This document shows positions 49,634 through 59,030 of a DNA stretch of 64,000 nt, piece after piece. Where the stretch lies: positions 1 through 64,000 of the forward strand of contig CAZBBK010000014.1 of assembly GCA_964490075.1 (NCBI GenBank), in the 5' to 3' direction. The position numbers and the translations under genes are program-made. The stretch is from an uncultured Gemmatimonadota bacterium (GTDB taxonomy: Bacteria > GCA-2686955). The notes beneath the pieces are model-generated. The model made no database searches and had not been told where the DNA came from. It saw only the letters and a program-made list of their open reading frames with translations. Within the stretch, counting starts at the first letter, position 1, and every line of letters starts with the position of its first letter.

Positions 49634-50815
49634 ATGCCGAACTCGCCACAGTCCCACACCATCCTCCATCTGCTGCCGAACTTCGAGGTCGGTGGCGAGC
49701 AGCAGGTGCTCTATCGGCTGCTCGAGCAGATGGCCGGGCGTCCCTACCGCCACATCGTCGCCGGGGTGTTCGCGGGGCCTCGCGACTTCGTGCCGCGTCT
49801 CGAGAAGGTGGCCGAGCAGGTGATCGACATCAACTGCGAGCGCGCCCCTGTCACCCGGCCGATCGCCTTCCGGCGCGACGTGCGGCGCATCGGCTCCACC
49901 CTGAGCGAGCTGGCGCGCGCCGAGAAGGTGCGCCTGGTGCACGGCCGCACCCACGACAACGACCTGGTGGCTCTCTTGCTCGGCAGGCGGCTCGGCATCC
50001 CCGCGGTCGCCACCCACGCCGGTGCCCGGCTCTTCCCCGACAACCGGGTCGGGCCCTCGCTGCGCAAGCTGGCCCGAATCTGGGTGCTGCGACGCATCGC
50101 CCGCGGCCTCGACGCGATCATCGCGGTCGGACCCGACGTTCGCGACAACCTGCTCCGGGTGGCGAAGGCGCCGCCCGAGCGGATCCACCTGATGCGCAAC
50201 GCCGTGGCCCGCTCCGAGCGCCCCGGCGCCGCGGCCCGCGCCGAGCTGCGGCGGCGCCTCGACCTGCCGCTCGAGGGTGCCCTCCTGGTGGTCGTCGGTC
50301 GCCTGATCCCCGCCAAGGGCGTCGACACCCTGGTCGAGGCGCTGGGGCGCCTCGATGCTCCGCCGGCGACCCTGCTGGTGGTGGGCGACGGGCCCGAGCG
50401 CGCCCGCCTGGAGCGCATGGCGGCCGCCATCGGGCCGCGGCGGGTGCGCTTTCTCGGCCTGCGCGACGACGTCGACGACCTGCTGGGTGTGGCCGATCTC
50501 TACCTCTCCGGATCCCACAGCGAGGGCACCTCGATCGCCCTGATCGAGGCGATGGCGCGCGGGCTGCCCTGCGCGGTTGCCGACGCACCGGGGCTGCGCG
50601 ATCTTGTGTGCGATGGCGTCAACGGCCGGATCTTCTGCTTGCGCGACGCGGCCGACTGCGCGCGCGTGATCGCCGCGATCCTGGCCGACCCGGAGCAGGC
50701 CGCGGGGTGGGCCGCCCGGGCTCAGGAAGAGGTGCGCCGCGAGTTCTCGATGGAGACCTTCGTGAACCAGCATTGCGAGCTCTACCACGAGCTGATCGAG
50801 CGGCGGCGTCCGTGA
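49634..50815 (+). CDS. GT4-family glycosyltransferase
   Basis: GGEQQ, VGRLIPAKG, VGDGPER, FLGLRDDV, EGTSIALIEAMARG. Confidence 0.92.
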   Translation: MPNSPQSHTILHLLPNFEVGGEQQVLYRLLEQMAGRPYRHIVAGVFAGPRDFVPRLEKVAEQVIDINCERAPVTRPIAFRRDVRRIGSTLSELARAEKVRLVHGRTHDNDLVALLLGRRLGIPAVATHAGARLFPDNRVGPSLRKLARIWVLRRIARGLDAIIAVGPDVRDNLLRVAKAPPERIHLMRNAVARSERPGAAARAELRRRLDLPLEGALLVVVGRLIPAKGVDTLVEALGRLDAPPATLLVVGDGPERARLERMAAAIGPRRVRFLGLRDDVDDLLGVADLYLSGSHSEGTSIALIEAMARGLPCAVADAPGLRDLVCDGVNGRIFCLRDAADCARVIAAILADPEQAAGWAARAQEEVRREFSMETFVNQHCELYHELIERRRP

Positions 50816-51780
50816 GCGCCCCGCGCGCCGTGCCGCTGCTCGTGTTTGCGTGCGCGATCCTCGCCGGCTGCGCCCCGCGACCGGTGCGGGTCGAGCCCCC
50901 GGCCGCACCGCCGGCGGAGACGACCCCGCCCGATCCAGTCTTCGACTGGCAGCCGACCCGGGTCGACGCCCGCGCCGCAGATCCCTTGCTCTCCCAGGCC
51001 CTGAGCTTCGCGGTGGTGCCGGCGGCGCGGGTGGTGCGTGCGCGGGCGGCGGTCGGCGAGATGGATCGCCGGCTGCTCTTCAGTGCCCGCAACGCCCTCG
51101 AGGCGCGTGGCTACCGCTGGGTCGGCGCCGCCAACCCCGAGCTGATCGTGGCGCTCGACTGGCGCGCCCCGGAGCCGGGTGGCGCCAGCGTCGCTCCCTT
51201 CCGGACCCGCTGGCCGAGTCGGGTCACGGCGCTGCCGGGCGATATCGAGGCGCTGCGCATCGATCCGGCCTGGGGAACCTGGTCGGCCGTTCGCGCGCCG
51301 CGCCGGCCGCTCGAGGCCGCTCCCTGGTGGACTCCCGCGGTGCAGATCGCCATCTTCGACAGTGCCGAAGGCACCTTGCTGTGGCAGGCCGAAGGCCACG
51401 GATCGACCGAGGAGCCGGCACCCCAAGTGGCCCTGCCGCGGGTGCTGGACGAGACCGCGGTCCACCTGCCGCGCGCCACGCGCCCGGCCCATCGGCTGCG
51501 CGCGGGCGAGGGCCGCCTCGGCATGCGCCTGCGGGTCGCCACCGCCGACGGCTGGCGCTTCTATCCGCGCGTCGAGGCGCTGGCGCCGGGGCTGCCGGCC
51601 GAGGAGATGCTCGAGGTGGGAACCTGGATCGTCGCGGTCGAAGGAGTTTCCACCGCCAACCTCGCCCTGGCCGATCTCTACGACCTGCTGCGCGGGCCGC
51701 CCGACACCACGACGCGGATGCGGGTCGCGGCCGCCGGTGAGGAGGAGCGCACCGTCTACGTCGTTCGCGCGCCGCAATGA
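50812..51780 (+). CDS. Lipoprotein with a DUF4136-like domain and a C-terminal PDZ-like domain
   Basis: Lipobox ILAGC. LEARGY...PELIV, IFDSAEGTLLWQAEG. PDZ-like GRLGMRL...PGLPAE..LEVG..IVAVEG...LLRGPP. GTGA overlap with GT4. Confidence 0.65.
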   Translation: MSAPRAVPLLVFACAILAGCAPRPVRVEPPAAPPAETTPPDPVFDWQPTRVDARAADPLLSQALSFAVVPAARVVRARAAVGEMDRRLLFSARNALEARGYRWVGAANPELIVALDWRAPEPGGASVAPFRTRWPSRVTALPGDIEALRIDPAWGTWSAVRAPRRPLEAAPWWTPAVQIAIFDSAEGTLLWQAEGHGSTEEPAPQVALPRVLDETAVHLPRATRPAHRLRAGEGRLGMRLRVATADGWRFYPRVEALAPGLPAEEMLEVGTWIVAVEGVSTANLALADLYDLLRGPPDTTTRMRVAAAGEEERTVYVVRAPQ

Positions 51781-51793
51781 GAGACTGCCTTCG

Positions 51794-52456
51794 ATGAGCC
51801 GATCCGCCCGAATCTACTGCTCCGGACCGCTCTTCTGCCCGGAGGAGGTCGCGGCGATGAGCCGCATCGCCGGCGTGCTCGAAGCGGCCGGCTACCAGAC
51901 CTTTCTGCCCCACCGCGACGGTCTCGAGCGTTTTGTGCTGCCGCTGAGCCGTTTGCCGGGGACCGACTTGCCGGGGATCGCCGCCGCCGGGCGGACCCTG
52001 GAGCGCGCCATCTTCGCGCTCGACCTCTACCAGATCGTGGAGCGCTGCGACGCCCTGGTCTTCAACATGAACGGTCGGGTGCCCGACGAGGGCGGCGTGG
52101 CGGAAAGCGCCCTCGCCTTCGCCTCCGGCAAGCCGGTCGTGATCTACAAGCACGACCATCGCTCGCTGCTGGGCGGCCGCGACAATCCCCTGCTGATCGG
52201 ATTGAGCGGCGACTTCGCAGCGGTCGGCAGCCTCGGCGCGCTGCCGGAGCGGCTGGAGACGGCGCTGGCGGCCGCCGAGCGCGACGCAGCGAGTCCCTAT
52301 CGCGGCGAAGCGATCCCGCCGCGGGTGCGCCGCAGCCTGCGCCGCGGCCGGCGGATCTGGCGTTTGCTGGAGCGAGTGTCCGCACCCGGCAGCGCGAGCG
52401 AGGTCGCGGAGCTCTGCGCGGAGATCGCGGGGTTGGAGGCGGGCGACTCGGACTGA
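51794..52456 (+). CDS. Nucleoside 2-deoxyribosyltransferase-family protein
   Basis: IYCSGPLF, TFLPHRDG, IFALDLYQI...CDALV, PDEGGVAE, NPLL. Confidence 0.85.
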   Translation: MSRSARIYCSGPLFCPEEVAAMSRIAGVLEAAGYQTFLPHRDGLERFVLPLSRLPGTDLPGIAAAGRTLERAIFALDLYQIVERCDALVFNMNGRVPDEGGVAESALAFASGKPVVIYKHDHRSLLGGRDNPLLIGLSGDFAAVGSLGALPERLETALAAAERDAASPYRGEAIPPRVRRSLRRGRRIWRLLERVSAPGSASEVAELCAEIAGLEAGDSD

Positions 52457-52750
52457 CATCGTCGAAACGCCATGCCCTGGTCGTCCCGGCCCGCCCCTCT
52501 CCGTCGGGTAGTAGCGCCGCGGCTGCTCGGTCATCCGCGACCACTCCCGAAGCTCGATCACCATCGGCTCCGCGACACATTCGCCTCTTCCATAGCCAAC
52601 TCCTTGCTGCAAAGGACAGACAAGGCCGCCGCGATGGTCGGGTCACCCCTGTACCGGCGCTCGAAGCGCGGACTCCTCACTGGACCTTCATCGCGGCCAA
52701 CCCGCCGGGGCACAGGTCCCTGCCAGGCGCTCGAAGCGCTGGGCAGAAAA

Positions 52751-52900
52751 GGTGGCTCCCGGCGGATTGGCCTGGCCTGACTGGATGATCCCTGATCAGG
52801 GGCTCCAGCCAGGTTGGGAGAAACGGTACAGGGCAGGTTCGTCGCGTGCCGGCCGCTTCCTGCGTAGAGGCCGGCCATATCGAAACCCCGGCGAGCCCCC
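52751..52900 (-). ncRNA. Candidate ~150-nt structured ncRNA (6S-like architecture, family unassigned)
   Basis: Terminal stem GGGGGCTC-CCGG / CCGG-GAGCCACC followed by TTTT. Internal stems GGAAGCGG/CCGTTTCT and CCTGGCTGGA/TCCAGTCAGG have G-U wobbles that favour the minus strand. Confidence 0.4.
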
Positions 52901-52908
52901 AGCCTCGG

Positions 52909-52937
52909 TTGCGGGCCCCGCATCACGGCGCTATGTT
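52909..52937 (+). promoter_or_regulatory. Putative sigma70 promoter for the ClpP-like gene
   Basis: TTGCGG, 17-nt spacer, TATGTT. Confidence 0.45.
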
Positions 52938-52979
52938 CCACACTGGTTTTGCGTTTCTCACCCTCCACCTGGGCTCACG

Positions 52980-53621
52980 ATGCGCACATCCCTCCTTCCT
53001 TCGGCCCGAATCGCGCGCCCCGCGCGTCGTTGGGCCGCCCCGCTCCTGCTCGCCGCCCTCATGCTCGCGCCCCATCTAGCCGCCGCCGACCTGGTCCTGG
53101 GTAGCGGGCAGAACGGCCGCCAGGTGTTGCTCTTCGGCCACATCGACTCCGATCTGGCGCGCGATGTGGTCGAGCAGCTCCTGGTGCTCGATCAGTCGGG
53201 CCAGGCGGAGATCGACCTCTTGATCAACTCGACCGGCGGGTCGATCGGCGACGCGCGCTCGATCCTGAGCGCCTTCCACCTGATCGAGTCGCCGGTGAAC
53301 ACCGTCTGTATCGGCTATGCCTGGTCGAGCGCGGCGACCATTCTGGCCGGCGGGACCGGGGCGCGGCAGGCCTTCGAGCACGCCTCGGTGATGATCCACG
53401 AGCTCTCCTGGGAGGACTCGGGGCCGATCACCGAGCTCGAGGCGACCGCCAAGCAGGGCCGTCGCGACAACGACATCGAGGTGGAGCTGCTGTCCCGCTT
53501 CACCGGCCGCGACGCCGCGCTGATCACCGAGGATATGCGCGACGATCATTTCCTGAGCGCCGCCCAGGCCCGGGAGTACGGCCTGATCGATACGGTCCTG
53601 CCGATCGCCCCGCGGCGCTAG
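52980..53621 (+). CDS. ClpP-family (S14) serine protease with an N-terminal signal peptide
   Basis: INSTGGS, VNTVCIGYAWSSAA (Ser), VMIHE (His), MRDDHFLSA (Asp), EYGLID. Leader is basic, then hydrophobic, ending AAA-D. Confidence 0.85.
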   Translation: MRTSLLPSARIARPARRWAAPLLLAALMLAPHLAAADLVLGSGQNGRQVLLFGHIDSDLARDVVEQLLVLDQSGQAEIDLLINSTGGSIGDARSILSAFHLIESPVNTVCIGYAWSSAATILAGGTGARQAFEHASVMIHELSWEDSGPITELEATAKQGRRDNDIEVELLSRFTGRDAALITEDMRDDHFLSAAQAREYGLIDTVLPIAPRR

Positions 53622-53628
53622 CGGCTCG

Positions 53629-53856
53629 GTGAGAGTCGCCACACACGAGGCGCGCATCGGTGTCGAGATCCACTGTCGCCTCACGACCGAGTCGAGGCCC
53701 TTCTGCGCCTGCCCGACCGGTTTCGGCGCGCCGCCCGAGAGCCAGGTCTGCCCGGTCTGCCTGGCCCATCCGGGCGCGCTGCCGGTGGTCGACGCAGGCG
53801 CGGTCGACCGGGCGGTGGCGCTGGCCCGAATCCACCTCGAGGAGCGGATTCGATGA
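53629..53856 (+). pseudogene. gatB: GatB N-terminal fragment (75 aa)
   Basis: IGVEIHCRL, FCAC, CPVCLAHPGALPV, then RIHLEE and a stop. Most of the protein is missing. Confidence 0.7.
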
Positions 53857-54929
53857 GCGAGAAGAGGGGGGACTCGAGAACGACCACCGAGGGGCGGCCG
53901 AAGCGCGGGGCCGGCGCGCTGAGCGGCGGCCGGCTGCGCCTGGCCCTGGCCGCGGCGGCGAGTGTCGCGTTTCTCTACCTGACCTTCGGCGATGCGTCGG
54001 CGCGCGGCATCGTGCGCTCTCTGGCGCCCGCCCGGCCCTTGCCGATCGCCGCCGCCGTCGGCCTGGTGGTGTTGACCTCATTGCTGCGCGGTTGGCGCTG
54101 GCAGGTGCTGCTGGCGCCGATCCGGCGCATCGGCTTCGGGCTGCCCCACGACGTCTGCGCGATCGGCTTTCTGGCCAACAACATCCTGCCGGCGCGGGCC
54201 GGCGAAGTGGTGCGCGCCGATCTGCTGGGGCGGATGGCGGGGATCAACCGCGCGCAGGTGCTGGCGACGGTGCTGCTGGAGCGGATCTGCGACCTGGTGG
54301 GGTTGATTCTGATGCTGGCGGTGGTGCCCTGGCTGGCGCCGCAGGCGATCGGGGGGCTGAGCCGTGGCGGCGGGCTGCTGCTCAGCCTGGGGGCGGTGCT
54401 GCTGCTGGCGCTGGCGCTGGCCGGGGGGCGGCGCCTGCTGGCGTCGGCCCGGGTGCGGCGCCGGGTGGAGACGATGGGCGGGTTTCCCGGGCGGCTCTTG
54501 CAGGGGCTCGCCGAGGGTTTTCGGATCGGCGCGACACCGGGAGTGGTGGCGTTGGCGGTGGCGCAGACTCTGGGAGTCTGGTGCCTGGTGGGCGCCACCT
54601 TTCACGCCATCGCCCTGGCCTACGACCTGCCGCTGGCCGGGCCGGTGTGGGGGCTGCCCTCGGCCCTGGCAATCTCGGCGATCACCGGCCTGGGATCCTT
54701 GATTCCATCGCTGCCGGGGCAGGTCGGGACCTTCCATTTTTTCGCCAAGCAGGGACTGGAGCTGGTGATAGAGGCGGGCGTCGAGATCGACGCGGTGCGC
54801 GCCGACACCTATACCATCGCCGCACACGGCTTGCAGTACCTCGCGGTCAACGCGGTGGGACTGATTGCGTGTGCGCACCGCGGCCTGCGCATTGGCCGCC
54901 CGTGGGAGTGGTTGCGAGTCGGGGGGTAG
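53853..54929 (+). CDS. LPG-synthase-TM (flippase-like) membrane protein
   Basis: RGWRWQVLL, NNILPARAGEVVR, LATVLLERICD, PSLPGQVGTFH. Confidence 0.9.
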   Translation: MSEKRGDSRTTTEGRPKRGAGALSGGRLRLALAAAASVAFLYLTFGDASARGIVRSLAPARPLPIAAAVGLVVLTSLLRGWRWQVLLAPIRRIGFGLPHDVCAIGFLANNILPARAGEVVRADLLGRMAGINRAQVLATVLLERICDLVGLILMLAVVPWLAPQAIGGLSRGGGLLLSLGAVLLLALALAGGRRLLASARVRRRVETMGGFPGRLLQGLAEGFRIGATPGVVALAVAQTLGVWCLVGATFHAIALAYDLPLAGPVWGLPSALAISAITGLGSLIPSLPGQVGTFHFFAKQGLELVIEAGVEIDAVRADTYTIAAHGLQYLAVNAVGLIACAHRGLRIGRPWEWLRVGG

Positions 54930-55101
54930 GCCGATTCGAGAAGTCCGATCTACGAGCCGATAGCAGGATCAGAGCTGCTTCCGGCGGTTCCCTTCACTGG
55001 CCCGTTGGTGCATGATTCCGGGGCGATCCGCGCAAGCCTCCATGCGCCGCCGGCGGACCGCGAATCCTGCGGCGGCACAAAGCACTCCAGGTGAGACACT
55101 G

Positions 55102-55758
55102 ATGGCGCAGAAAGCCGAGCGGCTGACGATCGACCGAATCCGTCCGCAGCGGGAGCTGATCGTACGCGCCGTCGAGATCCTGCGCGGCGGCGGGATCGTG
55201 GCCTTTCCCACCGATACCACCTACGGCCTGGCCGCCCCCGCCAACGACGACGGCGCGCGGCGCCTGACCCATGCCAAGGGGCGTTCCAGCGACAAACGCT
55301 TTCTGATCGCTCTGCTCGACGTGCCGCGCGCGGGCAACTGGATCGAGCCGGTGCCGCCGCGGGTGCGGGGCGCGATCTCGGTGCTATGGCCGCAGAAGGT
55401 CTCGCTGGTTTTGCCGGCCGGTCCCGCGGTCGCGGAGCGGCTGCGCGATGCCCAGCACCGAGTCGGGATCCGGCGCGCCGCCGACGCCCTGACCCGCGCC
55501 CTGGCGGCCGAGCTGGAGGGCGCGGTGATCTCGAGCAGCGCCAACCTCTCCGGGCAGCTTCCGGCGCTCGACGCCGACCGCGTGGCCGCCGAGCTCGGCG
55601 AACGCATCGACCTGATCCTCGACGGCGGCGCGCTGCCCCCCCGATCGCTGCCCACCACGGTGATCGACTTCGTCGCCGATCCGCCGCGCATCGTACGGCC
55701 GGGAGCCTGCGCCCGCGACCGGATCGCGGAGCTGCTCGGCTACGAGATCGACGGTTGA
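55102..55758 (+). CDS. tsaC: L-threonylcarbamoyladenylate synthase (YrdC/Sua5 family)
   Basis: GGIVAFPTDTTYGL, AKGR, VGIR, SSSANLSG, ILDGG, PTTVID. Confidence 0.9.
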   Translation: MAQKAERLTIDRIRPQRELIVRAVEILRGGGIVAFPTDTTYGLAAPANDDGARRLTHAKGRSSDKRFLIALLDVPRAGNWIEPVPPRVRGAISVLWPQKVSLVLPAGPAVAERLRDAQHRVGIRRAADALTRALAAELEGAVISSSANLSGQLPALDADRVAAELGERIDLILDGGALPPRSLPTTVIDFVADPPRIVRPGACARDRIAELLGYEIDG

Positions 55759-55829
55759 GCGCTCGCGCCGACCGAACGTCGCGGGGCCGCTGCGATCCAG
55801 ATTCGACCTTCCCGATGACCGGGGTTGCC

Positions 55830-58328
55830 ATGAAGACCAAGCGCCAGATGACCATCATTGAAGAGCTCCGGGACCGCTTCGCGGATGCGCGTCTGCACCG
55901 GCCCGCGCGGGTGGAGCGCTACGACGAGGGCGACGAGCTGGTCTACCAGGCCGAGGCGGTGACCGGCGCCGAGCGCGGGGGCAGTGGCTCGCTGCGCCTG
56001 GTCGTCGAGCGCTTCGTGGGCGGTGGCTTCGCCGGCCAGGTCTACAAGGTGCGGGTGATCGACGTCGCCGGTGGATCGATCGAGGGCGTAGAGCCTGGGA
56101 AGAGCTACGCCATCAAAATCCTGATCCCACCCTCGCGCGGCGCCCTCTTCTTTCGCAACCTGCTCTACGCGGTGGGATTCCAGGGACCCTTCCAGCTGCA
56201 GAGCAACCCCGCGGCGACTCGCGCGGGCGCGCTGTGGCAGAAGTTCATCCGCCGCGGGGCGCGCATTCGGATGGGGGACGAGCGTGCCGTCAACGACATC
56301 CATGCCATGTTCGTCGACAGCAGCCTCGGCAGCTGTGGCGAGCTGAGCGACTGGGTGGACGGGCGCACCTGGCGCCTGGAGGTCGACGAGCATCTCGACT
56401 CGTTGCGGCGCTGGCGCAAGGGGCAGCGGGTCGATCGGGAGCGCCTCGGGTCTCCCGAGTACCGGGCCAAGAAGCGTTTCATGGCCGACTTCGTGGCGCT
56501 CCTGCACGAGATGGGGGCGCACGAGTTCGCGCGCCAGTACCAATGGTCGACCTGCAAGAGCCAGCCGAACTGTCTGAAGCGCAAGGACACCGAGGACGAT
56601 CCCGAGGCCGGCCTGATGGCGGTCGACTTCCGCGCCGGCCTGGCGCTCTTGCCCTTCCTGCCGATGAGCCCGGGCGACCTGGGCCTGATCGTTCAGGGAC
56701 TTCGACGCGGCAGCCTGGTGCAGTTCGATCGCGGCGATTTGCGGCGCCTGGAAGCCTTCGTCGAGGCGCACGCCGAGGAGTTCGCCGATCTGCGGCCGCT
56801 GCTCGGCGAGCTACGCGAGGCGGACGAGATCTATCGGAGCTCGGTGCCCGACATCAGCCACAACCATCTGCGGCTGCTTTACGACACGAAGCTGTGGTCG
56901 ACGCTGCTCGATTCCGCGCGCCGCGGATGGCGCATCCGCAACCGCATCGACGACGCTCGCCTGGCCTCCCTGGAGCGCAGCGCGCCCTTGACCGTGCTGT
57001 TCCGGCTGATCGGTCTGATTCCGCTGCTCGGCGCCTTCGTGCTGCGGTTGTGGGGGCGCGCCGATTACCGGCGTCACTACCGCGCATTGCTCACCGACGG
57101 CGCCTATTTGCGCCGCGCGATTCGCGCCAAGCTGGCGGAGACACTTTTGCCCTGGGTGCGCAGCGGCCGGGTCGAAGAAGACGCAGCGCGCCGCATCGCC
57201 GACTCGGCGCCGCGCTTTCTGCTCCACCTTCCTCTCTCCGTGCTGCCGATCGGGTTGCACCGGGCCGCGACCAGCTGGAGCTACCTGAAAGAGCGCCTGC
57301 ACTACGTCTTCGTGCGACCGATTCGACTCTATTTCGACGCCGATCTGCGCGAGGAGTGGATGTTGAGCATGGTGGCGGAGGGGCAAGCCAAGCACATTCT
57401 CGATCACGAAGAGGCGGCGATCATCCGCTCGCGGATCAAGGACCCCTTCATCCAGAAGTACCTGAAGAGCCTGGCGGTGCACGTTTGCACCGTGCCGATC
57501 ACCCAGGTGGTGTCGGTAATGGTGGCGCTGATCTACGTCTGGACCCATCCCGAGATGCCGCGCGCCCAGGCCTGGGCGGTGGGGGCCGGAATCATCGCGC
57601 TCTTCCAGGTGGTGCCGATCTCTCCGGGATCGCTCACCCGCGGACTTTATGTCGTCTACTTGGTGGTCCGCGAGCGCAACTTCAAGGACTACAACATCGC
57701 GGTCTTTCTGGGCTTCTTCAAGTACATCGGCTACCTGGCCTTCCCGATCCAGATGGCCCATCACTACCCGACCCTGGCGCGTTTCATGGCCGGGCATTGG
57801 GCCACCGAAGCGGTGCACATCGTGCCGGTCTTCGGGGAGGGTGGGGCGTTGCTCGAGCACTGGATCTTCCGGCTCTTCTACAACTGGCCCTTGACCATCC
57901 GGCGGCGCGCGGTTCGGCGCAGCGAGCGGCGCGCCGCGCTTGCGCCGCGCTACTGGCATGTGGCGGTATTGGTGTCGCTGGCGGCGACGGCCTTCGGCGC
58001 GGCCGATTGGCGCTTCGGCGGCGCGACCCAGGCGCTGCCCGGCCTGGGAGAAATTGTGCTGCTGGTGATGTTGCTGCCGGCGCTCTGCGGCATCGGCACC
58101 ACCTTGGGTGCCGGGGGCGCGTCGCCGCCACGGCGCATCGTCGCGGCCGCGCTCGCCGGCGCGGGGCTGGCACTGCTCTCCACGCTGGTCGCGGCGGGGA
58201 TCGCGAATGCGCTGGCGATCGAGCCGGACGCCGCCGAGCTGCTGGCGAACGGGGTCTGGCGGGTGTTCCTGTTCTCGATGATCAGCGCTTTCGCGGCGAT
58301 CGCCACCGAGCTGATGCTGGGAGAGTAG
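55830..58328 (+). CDS. Large hypothetical membrane protein with a protein-kinase-like N-terminal domain
   Basis: VGGGFAGQVYK, YAIKIL, KSQPNCL, AVDFRAG. Several C-terminal TMs. Start at 55830 or 55815. Confidence 0.7.
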   Translation: MKTKRQMTIIEELRDRFADARLHRPARVERYDEGDELVYQAEAVTGAERGGSGSLRLVVERFVGGGFAGQVYKVRVIDVAGGSIEGVEPGKSYAIKILIPPSRGALFFRNLLYAVGFQGPFQLQSNPAATRAGALWQKFIRRGARIRMGDERAVNDIHAMFVDSSLGSCGELSDWVDGRTWRLEVDEHLDSLRRWRKGQRVDRERLGSPEYRAKKRFMADFVALLHEMGAHEFARQYQWSTCKSQPNCLKRKDTEDDPEAGLMAVDFRAGLALLPFLPMSPGDLGLIVQGLRRGSLVQFDRGDLRRLEAFVEAHAEEFADLRPLLGELREADEIYRSSVPDISHNHLRLLYDTKLWSTLLDSARRGWRIRNRIDDARLASLERSAPLTVLFRLIGLIPLLGAFVLRLWGRADYRRHYRALLTDGAYLRRAIRAKLAETLLPWVRSGRVEEDAARRIADSAPRFLLHLPLSVLPIGLHRAATSWSYLKERLHYVFVRPIRLYFDADLREEWMLSMVAEGQAKHILDHEEAAIIRSRIKDPFIQKYLKSLAVHVCTVPITQVVSVMVALIYVWTHPEMPRAQAWAVGAGIIALFQVVPISPGSLTRGLYVVYLVVRERNFKDYNIAVFLGFFKYIGYLAFPIQMAHHYPTLARFMAGHWATEAVHIVPVFGEGGALLEHWIFRLFYNWPLTIRRRAVRRSERRAALAPRYWHVAVLVSLAATAFGAADWRFGGATQALPGLGEIVLLVMLLPALCGIGTTLGAGGASPPRRIVAAALAGAGLALLSTLVAAGIANALAIEPDAAELLANGVWRVFLFSMISAFAAIATELMLGE

Positions 58329-58335
58329 AGGGAGC

Positions 58336-58989
58336 GTGGTCCATCTCCCGGCGTTGATCTGTCTCCTCTTGGTTGGGATGCTGATCGACGCCGAAGTCCG
58401 CACGAGGACCCGGCGGCGGGCCGTGGCCAAGACCGGCGCTTCTCTGGCCTTCGTGATCTATGCCTACGCTCTCGGGGCGTGGGAGGCCGGGCCGGCCGGG
58501 CGCTGGGTGGTGGTCGGTCTGGCGCTCTCCGTGGTCGGCGATCTGGCGCTCCTTTCGCGGCGGCAGCGGCTCTTTCTCGCGGGACTGGCGGCCTTTTTGT
58601 TGGCGCATCTGGCCTATATCGGGGCGTTTCTGACGCTGGGCGTCGCACTGCCCCGGGTCTTGATCGCGCTGGCCGTGTTGGCGTTGGTGGCCGCGGGGGT
58701 CTGGCGCTGGCTGGGGCGGCGGGTCGACGCCGAGATGAGGCGGCCGGTGCTGGCCTATGTCGCCGTGATCAGTGTGATGTTGGCATGCTCTCTCGGGGCA
58801 TTGGCGGGAGATGCGGGCGCCGGCCGCGCGGTTCTGGCCGTCGCGGCCGCCGCTTTCTACCTCTCCGACCTGTGCGTCGCTCGCGACCGTTTCGTCGCCC
58901 CGGGGCCGCTCAATCGGGTGCTCGGATTGCCGCTTTACTACGGGGCGCAGCTTCTGTTCGGGCTGGGGGTGGTGGCTGTTTCTCTGTGA
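58336..58989 (+). CDS. YhhN-family (lysoplasmalogenase-like) membrane protein
   Basis: KTGAS, LSVVGDLALL, GLAAFLLAHLAY, FYLSD, LYYGAQ. Confidence 0.9.
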   Translation: MVHLPALICLLLVGMLIDAEVRTRTRRRAVAKTGASLAFVIYAYALGAWEAGPAGRWVVVGLALSVVGDLALLSRRQRLFLAGLAAFLLAHLAYIGAFLTLGVALPRVLIALAVLALVAAGVWRWLGRRVDAEMRRPVLAYVAVISVMLACSLGALAGDAGAGRAVLAVAAAAFYLSDLCVARDRFVAPGPLNRVLGLPLYYGAQLLFGLGVVAVSL

Positions 58990-59030
58990 GCATCGCGAGC
59001 CGCCGGCCGCGGACATGAGGCTCCACGGAG

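Noticed and set aside
52751..52900. tRNA-Sec, tmRNA or SRP RNA
   Set aside because: There is local resemblance (CTGGA..TCCAG, GGGCAGGTTCG, GGGGGCTC, AGGAAGCGGCC). But there is no UCA anticodon loop, no canonical T-loop or CCA end, it is too short for tmRNA, and it lacks the SRP CAGG-CC-GGAA-GG-AAGCAGC core.
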